A stretch of 63,084 bases of DNA, filler included, from Parachlamydiales bacterium (GTDB lineage Bacteria > Chlamydiota > Chlamydiia > Chlamydiales > Parachlamydiaceae), in assembly GCA_020051075.1 (NCBI GenBank). It is 5 parts of 5 records of this genome, joined end to end, with 100 filler letters (N's around TTAATTAATTAA, not from the genome) between each part and the next. Parts side by side here need not be neighbours in the genome. Positions count along the whole stretch, not along the records: positions 28,444 to 43,052 come from JAGVJP010000103.1; positions 43,153 to 58,281 come from JAGVJP010000048.1; 3 more parts are not named here. One strand, given 5' to 3'. The notes under the pieces are model-generated. The model ran no database searches. It worked only from the letters and a program-made list of their open reading frames with translations, and had not been told where the DNA came from. The number at the start of each line of letters is the position of its first letter. Position 1 is the first letter of the stretch. This document shows positions 42,071 to 52,730 of this stretch, piece after piece. The translations under genes and the position numbers were made by a program.

Positions 42071-42757
42071 ATGAAATTATTTGTCTGGGATTTTCACGGA
42101 GTCCTGGAAAAGGGAAATGATGGTGTGGTCCTTGAAATCACAAACATTGCCCTAAAAAGGCATGGCTATTCCAGACGAATGACAGAAAAGGAAAACGACT
42201 TGTTATCCGGTTCTAGATGGCATGAATATTTTGCCTACCTTATGCCTGATCTTGATGAAGAAGAGTGTTTTAAACTTCAATCAACATGTCTTGAGATTGG
42301 GCAGAATCAACCGGAGATGATCTCAAGACATGTCCGTTTAAACGATCACGCTGATGTTGTTTTAAACAACATACAAAATGCAAACCATTGTCAAATTCTC
42401 ATTTCCAATACTCAACCCAAAGCATTGGACATGTTTGTCAACCTCGTCGATATAGACAAATATTTCCCACCCTCACATCGTTTTGGAGTGAATACACACA
42501 GTCAGAATCAGCAGACGAAACGAGATTATTTAAACCAGTTTTTACAGGGGAAAGACCCTTTTGATGCGATTATCTCAATCGGAGATTCTCCCGGGGATAT
42601 GGAAATGATCCATCAAAGTACAAATGGAATTGGCTATTTGTACTCTCATCCAGGCAAGGAACATCGTCAAACAACATGTCATTATAAAATCAGTGATTTG
42701 CGTTTAGTCTTGCAAGAACTCTCCAGTGATATGGTTCTACAATCTGCAATAAGATAA
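42071..42757 (+). CDS. HAD-superfamily hydrolase
   Basis: FVWDFHGVL, LISN, SIGDSPGDM. Confidence 0.8.
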   Translation: MKLFVWDFHGVLEKGNDGVVLEITNIALKRHGYSRRMTEKENDLLSGSRWHEYFAYLMPDLDEEECFKLQSTCLEIGQNQPEMISRHVRLNDHADVVLNNIQNANHCQILISNTQPKALDMFVNLVDIDKYFPPSHRFGVNTHSQNQQTKRDYLNQFLQGKDPFDAIISIGDSPGDMEMIHQSTNGIGYLYSHPGKEHRQTTCHYKISDLRLVLQELSSDMVLQSAIR

Positions 42758-42798
42758 ACACGATATACGTCTGATTCAGAATTATCCCTACATTTTTT

Positions 42799-43052
42799 TA
42801 ACGCAAAGAAGACGCAAAGGCGCAAAGAGGAGAATTTATGGCTATTTTCATAACTTCGTCAAGCCACTACCCCCTGAATAACAAACTATCCTGCCCCATC
42901 TTTCCTATCCTCCCTATCCTGTAAAAATTGACAGGATGGGAAAGATAAGAGGGATGGTAAGAAATGGCTCTGGAAGCGTTACTTTTTTGAAATGAGAGAC
43001 AACGTCGCTTGGGGTCTCCAAAGTTAGTTGCTTGACGAAGTTATGAAAATAG
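42799..43052. repeat. Composite repeat: CGCAAAG arm plus a 23-bp TIR pair enclosing an AGGAT palindrome
   Basis: CTATTTTCATAACTTCGTCAAGC (42842-42864) / GCTTGACGAAGTTATGAAAATAG (43030-43052) perfect IR. Confidence 0.85.
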
Positions 43053-43152
43053 NNNNNNNNNNNNNNNNNNNNNNNNNNNNNNNNNNNNNNNNNNNNTTAA
43101 TTAATTAANNNNNNNNNNNNNNNNNNNNNNNNNNNNNNNNNNNNNNNNNNNN
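43053..43152. other. Artificial contig linker
   Basis: N44-TTAATTAATTAA-N44. Confidence 0.99.
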
Positions 43153-43251
43153 CCATTTTTGGTTTTTGTGAATAAACACATTAATTGGAGTGTTCGCTCT
43201 TTTTCAAGAAAGATCTTTATAAGATCGACTCGAAATCCAGCATAGCAACTG
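43153..43251 (-). mobile_element. End of a multicopy element (second copy), reading into the gap
   Basis: 43173-43251 is the reverse complement of 28265-28343; ends in ...CCAAAAATGG (possible transposase ATG). Confidence 0.65.
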
Positions 43252-43558
43252 GTGCATCCTTACGCAGTGATTCATCTCTCCTCCTAGTCATGATCTACTC
43301 TCCAATCCAGGTATTTATGTTGACATAATGATGTGGCTATTCTAGTGTGACGAAAAGTGATAAAATATCCCAAACGAGCATTGAACGACTAAAGCCCCAT
43401 ATGGAATTTTCCCTATAGGTCTTTTTTCTTTGAGCCGCGACCCTTCTTTGCAGGCTGTTACTCTAAACTGCAATTTAAGCTAATCCCCAAGCTGAAGAGA
43501 GTTTTTCGGAATGCTTTTTTTCCTTAATGGCGTCAAAGATGTGGTATAGGCAGTTCCT

Positions 43559-46500
43559 ATGTGGGGAAAAAAGATGAAGAAGAGAAATATAGCTCTTGGT
43601 TTTTATCAAGAATCTTCAACAGCCAAGTCAGTTCTAGCTGAACTTAAGAAGCAAAATTTTTCACGTTTTGCCACTATTTACCATAAATACGATCATAGTA
43701 TTGAAATTAATCGATATTTTCCTTTCTCGGCTTTGCTCATTCCATTTATTGGCGCAATATCAATTGTTTGTTTAATTCTTTTAAAATATTTTTCAATCAT
43801 TGATTTTTCTTGGTTAGCCATTGTGGCCGGAGTTTCGACAATCATCGCAACGGTTGGGATTTACGCATTCTGGCGTTTTTCACAGTTAATTGATTCGGAT
43901 ATAATTAATTGTTTTAAAAATCGGGTAATCGTCAATGAAATATTAATCATTGCTCAAGTAAATTATTCAGATGTCCGAGAAGTCCTCGCTATTTTACGAG
44001 AAGTCAAAAGTGGGCATCCTGTGACCTTTCTATTACGTCCGGCAATGTTTGAAGAAGGGAATGTAGATATTCCATCAGAACTAATGACAATGGAGATGCT
44101 GCGTGAGAAAGCGAGCAAGCTTGCTATTTCATTGCAACAAACAAGTACTGGTGGAGTTGATGGCCGCTCATTGATAAAGCGTCTTAAAAAAAGTCATCAG
44201 ATGCTTCAAGTTCTTCGTCGAGATATTGCTGATGCTGAATATATAGAACAAACAATTCCATCGTCCGCAGAATGGTTGTTAGACAATATGTATGTTCTTG
44301 AAGGAGGCATAGAAGATGTGAAGCTCAATATGCCAAAAAAATACTACAAAGAACTGCCCAAAATATTAAACGGACCTCTGACTGGATTGCCAAGGATTTA
44401 TGCTCTCGCTATAGAACTCGTTAAGAATACAGGAGGTGGATTAAATCGCGAAAATATCACGCATTTTCTTGATAGTTATCAGAGTGGTGACCATCCCCTG
44501 ACAATGGGAGAGCTTTGGGCTTTTCCTTTGATGTTGCGTTTAAGACTCATCGAATGGGTCGAATTCCTTGCTATCCATGTTGACAATCGTATGCGAGAGG
44601 GCGAATTAGCCAGTTTTTGGGGAAATAGACTTTTGAATGCAGCTCATCATGACCCTAAACTACTGCCGATTTTTCTAGCAGATTTATCTAACGAGCAAAC
44701 ATCTTTCTCTGGTCATTTTGGTGAAGAATTACTCGACCATTTATTTGATGAAGAAGCCATTCTTCCTATGGTAAGAAAATGGCTGGAAGAACGTTTTAGA
44801 TCGCCTCTTGATGAAATACTGCATCAAGAACATCTTGATGAAACGTCTGAACAAGTCGTTTTTTCTAGTGCAATTAGAAGTTTAATCACGCTGTCACAAC
44901 TGTCATGGCCGGATATTTTTGAAACTGTGAATCCGGTCGATACCATCTTAAGGGAAGATTTCACAGGGATCTATTCAAAGATGGATTTCACAACAAGAAA
45001 TTGCTATCGGGAAACCATAGAAGAGATTGCACGGCGCGTTAATCTAAACGAAGTGGAAATTGCTAAAATAACGCTTTCATTTGCTCATGAGGGTGTTAAA
45101 GCATATGAACAGCATGTCGGATATTATCTAATTGATGCTGGCCGTCAGGCTTTGGAGCAGCGTGTTGGATATCATCCAACTATTTTTCAATCTATCAATC
45201 GATGGATCATTAAAAATCCCGCAAGCGTATATCTGGGCGGAATTGCTTTGATGACTTTACTATTAGAAAGCGTTATGTTTTCCTTTTTCTTTAAGGCTAA
45301 CCTCAATTTTTTTCAGATAACATTATTTTTAATTTTTTCATTGTTGCCTATCTCTGAATTAAGCACTCAATTCGTAAACCTTTTATTAACAATCCTTCTC
45401 CCAACACCATTACGACCAAAGATGTTATTCGAAACAGGGATCCCACCAGAGTATAAAACTCTAGTCGTTGTACCCATGATGCTGATGACCCCTGAATCGA
45501 TACGTGAAGAAATCAACCGTTTAGAAATCCGTTATTTAGCCAATACCGATCCGCTTTTAAGTTTTGGACTATTTAGTGACTTCTCAGATGCAAAAGAACA
45601 GCATGCAGAGATTGATGTTTCTTTACTCAAAATTGCAGTGGACGGTCTTCAAGCCCTAGAGAACAAATATGGCGAAGGTAAATTTTTTCTTTTTCATCGA
45701 CAGCGAGTTTGGTCTAAAAGCGAAAATGCTTGGATTGGATGGGAACGAAAGCGGGGAAAACTCGAATATTTAAATCGATTTTTGATGGGAGAAACATTAC
45801 CTGAAAACATCGTGTATATGGGCAATGCCAATGCACTGAAAGGAACCCGCTATGTCATCACTCTAGATGCGGATACTCAGCTTCCTAAGGATCAAGCTCG
45901 GGCCTTAGTAGAAGTATTATCTCATCCATTGAACCGCCCTTATTTAACTGCAGATAAAAACAAGTTAGAAAGGGGCTACACGATTATTCAACCACGCGTT
46001 GGCACAGACTTTATCCATGCCAAAGCGTCCTGGTTTTGTAAGATTTTTTCAGAACCAACGGCAGTAGATCCCTATACGCAAGCCATTTCAAATGTTTATC
46101 AAGATCTTGTTGGAGAAGGCTCATATCATGGAAAAGGCATTTATGACGTAGAAGCTTTTCATAGCATTTTATCCCAGCATTTTCCTGAAGAGCACCTCCT
46201 TAGCCATGATCTTATCGAGGGCGCTTTTGTACGGGTTGGGTTTGCTAGTCATATTTGTTTATTCGATATACATCCAAAAGATTACTTATCATGGGCTAAA
46301 CGACAACATCGCTGGATGCGTGGGGATTGGCAGATTATTGATTGGCTTCTGCCAAAAGTCCCAATGAGAAATGGTAAAACAGAAGTTAATACACTTTCCT
46401 GGCTCAATCGCTGGAAAATTTTCGATAATTTACGTCGAGCTCTTTTACCTATTGCTCTAGTGGTCCTTTTGACAGCAGGGTGGGCTATTTCCCCTGTTCC

Positions 46501-49500
46501 AGGAGTGTTGACAGGTTTGGCACTTTTTGTTCTGCTTTTGCCAAGTATTTCATTGTGCATAAGCAAGTTATGTACTTATTCTTTTTTTCCAATAAAATCA
46601 TTTTTAATCGAGCTAAAGTTCTTAAGTTTACGATCCCTTATTACAATTGCGCTATTACCTTTCGAAGCTTTCCTCTCTCTCGATGCCATGTTGCGCGTCG
46701 CGTTTCGACGGCTGATCTCACATCAAAATTTATTGCAATGGACCACCGGTGAATATAGTTGTAATGGTTTGAAAACCCATCAAAAGTTTGTGCTTCAAGT
46801 TGGATGGGTCTCTTTTTTTGCTGTCATGATTTTAGGAACAGTCATCTCCGTCGATAGACCTGCGGAGCTGATCGCTTTACCTTTTTGTTTACTGTGGATT
46901 GCTGCTCCTTACATTATCCACGTCATAGATAAACCTTTAGATAAGCGTAGAGATGAAAATCTTTCTAATCTTGATAAACAAATTCTACGAAAAATTGGAC
47001 GCAAAACATGGCGATATTTCGATGAGTTGGTCGGAGCTCATACGCATTGGTTGCCTCCTGATAATTTCCAGACAGCCCTAAATATAGAAATCGCACAGCG
47101 TACATCTCCGACAAATATCGGTATGTGGTTATTGGCAGTTATGAATGCTTATGATTTTAAATATATTACATGCGATATTTTTATTGATAAAACATCAGCG
47201 ACCCTTCACGAGTTAAAAAAGCTTGAACGGTATGAAGGACATTTCCTTAATTGGTATAACATTCAAACATTGGACCCTCTTTTTCCTAGATATGTTTCGA
47301 CAGTAGATAGTGGTAATTTTCTTGCTTGCATCTGGACATTGAAGCAGGGAATGGATGAAATGATATCCTCTTCAATCATTCCAACAAATGCTCTATTAGG
47401 AATCAAAGATACTTTTGATGTCCTTCAAGAAACCAACAAATCTACAAAAATTGAAGAGGCAAAGCGTCTATTCGATTCCTCTGAATCAAATGATCTTTCG
47501 CATTTTATTGCAATAGTCAAGGATGCTTTAAAAGTTGTACAAGGATTGTCTGTTGAAAAGGTTGAAGCCTATTGGTTAAAACAGATTGAAGAGCAGCTCA
47601 TGGGTTGGGAGTCCACTTTTTCTCGTTATTTCAGCTGGGTCGAAATTCTCAGCTCTCTTCCATTAGAACACCTTCACATCATCGATCCTCAAGCATCGCG
47701 ATGGAGGGTTGAGGCATTATCTTGGCAAGCTTCATTAGAGATGCTTGCAAATAAAAAATTGTTGCCTGCACTTGATAAACTGGTTGAAGCAGCTCAGAGA
47801 ACCGATCTGCCTAATGAAATTAAAGCCTGGGGGAAGAAACTACAGGAGGCCTTAGCGACCGCCCAATGGCTTGCCGGAGAAAAAATAGGCCAAGTCGCAG
47901 AGCTTATCAAAGAAATCGAACTTTTTTCTCAGGAGATGGACTTAAAATTTCTCTATAACAGTGATCGAAAGTTGTTTGCTATCGGATATAATGTTGACGT
48001 CCGCAAACTTGATACTTCTTACTATGATTTACTGGCAAGTGAAGCCAGAATTGCAAGCTTAGTGGCAATTGCTAAAGAAGATGTCCCAGTAGCACATTGG
48101 TGGGCTCTCGGAAGATTGTATAGTATTGTCCGAGGACGAAAAGTCTTATTGTCTTGGGGCGGTACAATGTTTGAATATTTAATGCCCTTGATATTCACTA
48201 AGCACTACTCAGATTCTTTAATAGGAGAAGCTTGTCATGCTGCTGTCGACTGCCAAATAGATTATGGAAAACAGCGAGGCATCCCATGGGGGATTTCGGA
48301 ATCTGCATTTAGCGCCATAGATTCATACAAAATTTATCAATATAAAAGTTTTGGAGTGCCCGGGCTTGGTCTCAAACGCGGATTAGAAGACGACCTTGTC
48401 GTTAGCCCTTATTCTACTGTGCTGGCTTTAGTTGTTAAGGCTAAGTCCGCAATCAAAAACTTAAAAAAAATGGCAGAGAAAAAACATCTGAATCTTATGG
48501 GATCCTATGGCTACTATGAATCGATGGATTTCACAAGACAAAAAAGTCCTGCCGGCGAACGCGGGGTTATTGTTTATGTCTATATGGCGCATCATCAAGG
48601 AATGATTTTTGCAACGATCAATAATATTTTGAACAATGAAATTTTAATCAACCGGTTTCAGAAAGATCCGCGCATTTGCGGAGTGAGCTCTCTTCTTTAT
48701 GAACGTATTCCTTTTTCTCCTCCTATCAAAATCACCAGCGGAAGAAAAGAACCTATTCTCAGAAGACTAGAACCGTTTTCAAAAAGTCCTATTATGGGAG
48801 TCGTTGAAACCACTGAAAGCGTGACACCAAAAATCAATCTCCTATCGAATGAAAAGTATTCTCTAATGATCACTAATACAGGGGGAGGATACAGTCGTTG
48901 GGGTGATATCGAAATCTACCGGTGGCGTGCTGATACAACACGAGATTCATGGGGAAACTTTTGTTACATTAAAGATATGAAATCAGGAGAAGTCTGGTCG
49001 GCTGCCTATCAACCTACTCAAACCAGCGGCAAAGAGTTTTCCGTAAATTTTAAAGGAGATAAAGCGGAATTTAGACGAAAGGATCATCAAATTGAAACAC
49101 TTACTGAAATCGTTGTCTCTCCCGAAGATAATGCTGAAATACGACTGATTACTTTAATTAACCATTCGAATGAAACACGCTATATTGAACTCACAAGCTA
49201 TCTAGAGTTATCATTAGCGCCGCATCTCACAGACCGCGCACATCCTTGCTTCAATAAATTATTTATTGAAACAGAAGCAATGCCGGAAGCCCCTGCTCTT
49301 CTTGGCTTTAGACGCTTGCGCTCACCTAATGATCTTCCGATTTGGGCCGTGCATGTCTTAGCAACAAACCCATCATCTGATGGCGGCGTGCAATATGAAA
49401 CCGATAGAGATCGATTCATTGGGCGCGGAAAGTCTTTAAAGCATCCTGCTGCTCTTGAAGGAGACTTGTCGAATACAACAGGGACTGTCCTTGATCCCAT

Positions 49501-52500
49501 TTTTAGTTTGCGAGGCCGTGTTGTCATTGAGCCAGGAAGAAGGGTTCAGCTTTCTTTTGTCACCGCGGTCTCAGATAATCGCACTTCAGCCATTGCGCTT
49601 ATAGAGAAATACAAAGACATCGCAGCAAGTCATCGTGCGATAGAACTAGCTTGGAACTATGCCCAGCTGGAGCTTCGTCATTTGCGTATTCATCAAGAAG
49701 AAGTACAACTCTTTCTAAAACTTGCGAGTCGGCTCATTTATCCTCATGTTCAATTTCGCTCTAATCGATTGCACAAAAATCGATTAGGACAATCCGGTTT
49801 ATGGGGTCAAGGAATTTCAGGTGATTGGCCAATAGTTGTTGTCACAGTTGGGGATATCTATGATGTCGATCTTGTTAAACAACTGTTAATTGCTCATGCC
49901 TTTTGGAGCCTGCGAGGTCTTAAAGTAGATTTAATTATTTTTAATGAAGAAGAAACAGGGTATACACAACCTTTGGAAGAGCACTTGCAGAGTCAAGTTC
50001 AAGCCCATTCTTATCGTAATCAGATTAATAAGCCAGGGGGTGTTTTTTTGAGAAACACCGATCAAATGTCCCCCGATGAACTTAATCTGATTTTTTCTGT
50101 CGCACACGCTGTATTAATTGCATCAAGGGGCTTGCTCAGGCAACAGCTTGTTTCGCCCAAGTCAAAAGTGAGATATCCACCAAAACTAATCATTAATGAA
50201 AAGGTCAATGAAGAGCCATCTCAGTCGCTGCCATTTTTAGAACTGCCTTATTTTAATGGATTAGGTGGCTATACTGCAGATGGACGTTCGTATGTGATTT
50301 ATTTGGGACCCAATACGAATACTCCGGCGCCGTGGATTAATGTGCTTTCTAATCCGCAATTTGGAACGTTAGTCTCTGAGGCTGGCTTGGGATGTACTTG
50401 GTATGGCAATAGCCAAACAAACCGACTCACTCCTTGGAGCAATGATCCATTATTAAATCCCATTTCAGATACGATTTATATCCGAGATGAAGAAATGGGA
50501 ACTGTCTGGACTCCGACTCCCGCTCCCATCCGAGAGTTAGATGCCTATCGAATCTCGCACAGCCAAGGTTACACAAGCTTTGAACATAATAGTCATGGGA
50601 TAAACCAAGAGTTATTAGTTTTCGTTCCCGTAAATGATGAAGGTGGCCTTCCTTTGCGGATTCAACGCCTTCGTTTAACGAATCATTCGTCCCAACTCCG
50701 ACGTCTTACTGTGACAGCTTACACTGAATGGGTTTTGGGTGGGGATAAAGAGGAGACTCAAATACATGTCATCACAGAATGGGATTCAGAGGGTAAAGCG
50801 CTTTTTGCTTGCAACCGATATCACCCAGATTTCGGCGGACATGTTGCATTTTCATGTTCAACGAGGCCTATCGCTTCCTATTCTGGGGATCGCGCAGAAT
50901 TTATTGGACGCAATCGTTCAACTGCATCTCCTGAAGCCCTAAGTAGAAAATCATTATCCGGGCATACTGGCGGAGCTTTGGACCCTTGTTCTGCCCTGCA
51001 AGTTTTGCTAGAAATTGACCCGGGAAAAGAAGAAGAAGTCGTTTTTATCATGGGCTATGCACCGGATGCTGCAACTGCCCGTCAATTCATATCGCAATGT
51101 CGAATTCCAGGAAAGATAGACCAACTTCTTTCTGATACACAATCTTGGTGGGATAAAACCCTCGAGACAATTCAAATTGATGTTCCTGATCAGGCGACTA
51201 ATTTTTTAATGAACAGATGGCTCATTTATCAAGATCTCAGTTGTCGCTTCTGGGGAAGAACGGCGTTTTATCAATCAAGTGGTGCTTATGGATTTCGAGA
51301 CCAACTTCAAGATACCATGGCGCTTGTTTACTTCGTTCCAAATATTGCTAGAGAATACATCCTTAAAGCTGCATCGCGACAATTTGTCGAAGGAGACGTT
51401 CAGCATTGGTGGCATCCACAATCAGGAGCTGGGATAAGAACGCGTTGTTCAGATGATTTCTTATGGCTTCCCTTTGTCACAGCTCATTATATTCGTATTA
51501 CTGGGGATATTGGAATACTTGAGGAGAAAATTTCATTTTTAGAAGGCGATAAATTGGCAGATGATCAAGAAGAGATTTTTCAAGACCCGAAGATCTCCAA
51601 AGAAACAGAATCATTATTGGAACATTGCCGCAGAGCGATATACAGAGGGATGACTGCAGGACCTCATGGTTTGCCTTTAATTGGAACCGGCGATTGGAAT
51701 GATGGCATGAATCTCGTCGGCATACATGGAAAAGGGGAGAGTGTATGGCTTGCTTGGTTTTTGATCCATGTGATGCATGATTTTGCCGACTTATTAACTT
51801 TTAGTAGTGGCAATAAAGAAGCGGGAGAAGGATTTCGCGTCGAGGCTAAGCGCCTCGCACAAGTCGTAGAAGCAACAGCATGGGATGGCTCCTGGTATCG
51901 TCGGGCTTATTTTGATGATGGAACCCCGTTGGGCTCAAAAGAAAATAGTGAGGCTTTTATTGACTCATTGCCTCAATCATGGGCGGTCATTGCAGGCCTG
52001 GCAAATCCAGAGAGGATTGCAATGGCGCTCAATTCTGCTGGAGAATATCTTGTAAAAGCTAAAGACAATCTCGTTTTATTACTCACACCGCCTTTCGATA
52101 AGATGCCTTTGAATCCAGGTTATATCAAAGGATACCCTCCTGGGGTTAGAGAGAATGGGGGACAATATACACATGGGGCTTCATGGCTAGCTCTGGCATA
52201 TGCACGAACTGGTAATGGAAATAAAGCCGCCGACTTGTTGAGAATGGTATCCCCAATCTTGCATACCTCAACAGCAGAAGCGAATAAACTTTATAAAGTC
52301 GAGCCATATGTAATTGCAGCTGATATTTATGATCTCAAAAATCAAGTGGGTCGCGGTGGTTGGACCTGGTACACAGGTTCTGCTTGCTGGGTTTATCGAG
52401 TATGGTTAGAAGAAATCCTCGGATTCAAATTACGAGGCCAAACCCTATCATTGAATTGTTCTATTCCAAAAGAATGGGATCAATTCAAATTACAGTACCG

Positions 52501-52666
52501 ATATAAGACTTCCCATTATGAGATCATTGTGACAAATCCACATCATCTGAATAGCGGCATTCCAAGCATCACGTTGGATGGGGTTTTGCTTTCATCACAA
52601 GAAATTCCACTAATCGATGATGGAGGCCAACATACGGTTAATATTGTCCTCAAACCTTTTGCTTAA
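43559..52666 (+). CDS. ndvB: Cyclic beta-1,2-glucan synthase (Cgs/NdvB/ChvB): GT84 synthase plus C-terminal GH94 phosphorylase
   Basis: EWLLDN, GWERKRGKL, TLDADT, LLSHDLIEG, RQHRW.RGDWQ, RTSPTNIG, YQSSGAYGFRDQLQD, GDWNDGMN, ENGGQYTH, GGWTWYTGSA. Confidence 0.96.
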   Translation: MWGKKMKKRNIALGFYQESSTAKSVLAELKKQNFSRFATIYHKYDHSIEINRYFPFSALLIPFIGAISIVCLILLKYFSIIDFSWLAIVAGVSTIIATVGIYAFWRFSQLIDSDIINCFKNRVIVNEILIIAQVNYSDVREVLAILREVKSGHPVTFLLRPAMFEEGNVDIPSELMTMEMLREKASKLAISLQQTSTGGVDGRSLIKRLKKSHQMLQVLRRDIADAEYIEQTIPSSAEWLLDNMYVLEGGIEDVKLNMPKKYYKELPKILNGPLTGLPRIYALAIELVKNTGGGLNRENITHFLDSYQSGDHPLTMGELWAFPLMLRLRLIEWVEFLAIHVDNRMREGELASFWGNRLLNAAHHDPKLLPIFLADLSNEQTSFSGHFGEELLDHLFDEEAILPMVRKWLEERFRSPLDEILHQEHLDETSEQVVFSSAIRSLITLSQLSWPDIFETVNPVDTILREDFTGIYSKMDFTTRNCYRETIEEIARRVNLNEVEIAKITLSFAHEGVKAYEQHVGYYLIDAGRQALEQRVGYHPTIFQSINRWIIKNPASVYLGGIALMTLLLESVMFSFFFKANLNFFQITLFLIFSLLPISELSTQFVNLLLTILLPTPLRPKMLFETGIPPEYKTLVVVPMMLMTPESIREEINRLEIRYLANTDPLLSFGLFSDFSDAKEQHAEIDVSLLKIAVDGLQALENKYGEGKFFLFHRQRVWSKSENAWIGWERKRGKLEYLNRFLMGETLPENIVYMGNANALKGTRYVITLDADTQLPKDQARALVEVLSHPLNRPYLTADKNKLERGYTIIQPRVGTDFIHAKASWFCKIFSEPTAVDPYTQAISNVYQDLVGEGSYHGKGIYDVEAFHSILSQHFPEEHLLSHDLIEGAFVRVGFASHICLFDIHPKDYLSWAKRQHRWMRGDWQIIDWLLPKVPMRNGKTEVNTLSWLNRWKIFDNLRRALLPIALVVLLTAGWAISPVPGVLTGLALFVLLLPSISLCISKLCTYSFFPIKSFLIELKFLSLRSLITIALLPFEAFLSLDAMLRVAFRRLISHQNLLQWTTGEYSCNGLKTHQKFVLQVGWVSFFAVMILGTVISVDRPAELIALPFCLLWIAAPYIIHVIDKPLDKRRDENLSNLDKQILRKIGRKTWRYFDELVGAHTHWLPPDNFQTALNIEIAQRTSPTNIGMWLLAVMNAYDFKYITCDIFIDKTSATLHELKKLERYEGHFLNWYNIQTLDPLFPRYVSTVDSGNFLACIWTLKQGMDEMISSSIIPTNALLGIKDTFDVLQETNKSTKIEEAKRLFDSSESNDLSHFIAIVKDALKVVQGLSVEKVEAYWLKQIEEQLMGWESTFSRYFSWVEILSSLPLEHLHIIDPQASRWRVEALSWQASLEMLANKKLLPALDKLVEAAQRTDLPNEIKAWGKKLQEALATAQWLAGEKIGQVAELIKEIELFSQEMDLKFLYNSDRKLFAIGYNVDVRKLDTSYYDLLASEARIASLVAIAKEDVPVAHWWALGRLYSIVRGRKVLLSWGGTMFEYLMPLIFTKHYSDSLIGEACHAAVDCQIDYGKQRGIPWGISESAFSAIDSYKIYQYKSFGVPGLGLKRGLEDDLVVSPYSTVLALVVKAKSAIKNLKKMAEKKHLNLMGSYGYYESMDFTRQKSPAGERGVIVYVYMAHHQGMIFATINNILNNEILINRFQKDPRICGVSSLLYERIPFSPPIKITSGRKEPILRRLEPFSKSPIMGVVETTESVTPKINLLSNEKYSLMITNTGGGYSRWGDIEIYRWRADTTRDSWGNFCYIKDMKSGEVWSAAYQPTQTSGKEFSVNFKGDKAEFRRKDHQIETLTEIVVSPEDNAEIRLITLINHSNETRYIELTSYLELSLAPHLTDRAHPCFNKLFIETEAMPEAPALLGFRRLRSPNDLPIWAVHVLATNPSSDGGVQYETDRDRFIGRGKSLKHPAALEGDLSNTTGTVLDPIFSLRGRVVIEPGRRVQLSFVTAVSDNRTSAIALIEKYKDIAASHRAIELAWNYAQLELRHLRIHQEEVQLFLKLASRLIYPHVQFRSNRLHKNRLGQSGLWGQGISGDWPIVVVTVGDIYDVDLVKQLLIAHAFWSLRGLKVDLIIFNEEETGYTQPLEEHLQSQVQAHSYRNQINKPGGVFLRNTDQMSPDELNLIFSVAHAVLIASRGLLRQQLVSPKSKVRYPPKLIINEKVNEEPSQSLPFLELPYFNGLGGYTADGRSYVIYLGPNTNTPAPWINVLSNPQFGTLVSEAGLGCTWYGNSQTNRLTPWSNDPLLNPISDTIYIRDEEMGTVWTPTPAPIRELDAYRISHSQGYTSFEHNSHGINQELLVFVPVNDEGGLPLRIQRLRLTNHSSQLRRLTVTAYTEWVLGGDKEETQIHVITEWDSEGKALFACNRYHPDFGGHVAFSCSTRPIASYSGDRAEFIGRNRSTASPEALSRKSLSGHTGGALDPCSALQVLLEIDPGKEEEVVFIMGYAPDAATARQFISQCRIPGKIDQLLSDTQSWWDKTLETIQIDVPDQATNFLMNRWLIYQDLSCRFWGRTAFYQSSGAYGFRDQLQDTMALVYFVPNIAREYILKAASRQFVEGDVQHWWHPQSGAGIRTRCSDDFLWLPFVTAHYIRITGDIGILEEKISFLEGDKLADDQEEIFQDPKISKETESLLEHCRRAIYRGMTAGPHGLPLIGTGDWNDGMNLVGIHGKGESVWLAWFLIHVMHDFADLLTFSSGNKEAGEGFRVEAKRLAQVVEATAWDGSWYRRAYFDDGTPLGSKENSEAFIDSLPQSWAVIAGLANPERIAMALNSAGEYLVKAKDNLVLLLTPPFDKMPLNPGYIKGYPPGVRENGGQYTHGASWLALAYARTGNGNKAADLLRMVSPILHTSTAEANKLYKVEPYVIAADIYDLKNQVGRGGWTWYTGSACWVYRVWLEEILGFKLRGQTLSLNCSIPKEWDQFKLQYRYKTSHYEIIVTNPHHLNSGIPSITLDGVLLSSQEIPLIDDGGQHTVNIVLKPFA

Positions 52667-52730
52667 GGATATTTTATTGGTAAGAAAAATGTTTTAATTA
52701 ACATGAATGATAGGTAAGGGGATTTTCATA

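Noticed and set aside
42071..43600. Functional linkage of the accessory contig with the Cgs operon
   Set aside because: Separated by an artificial linker, so true adjacency is unknown
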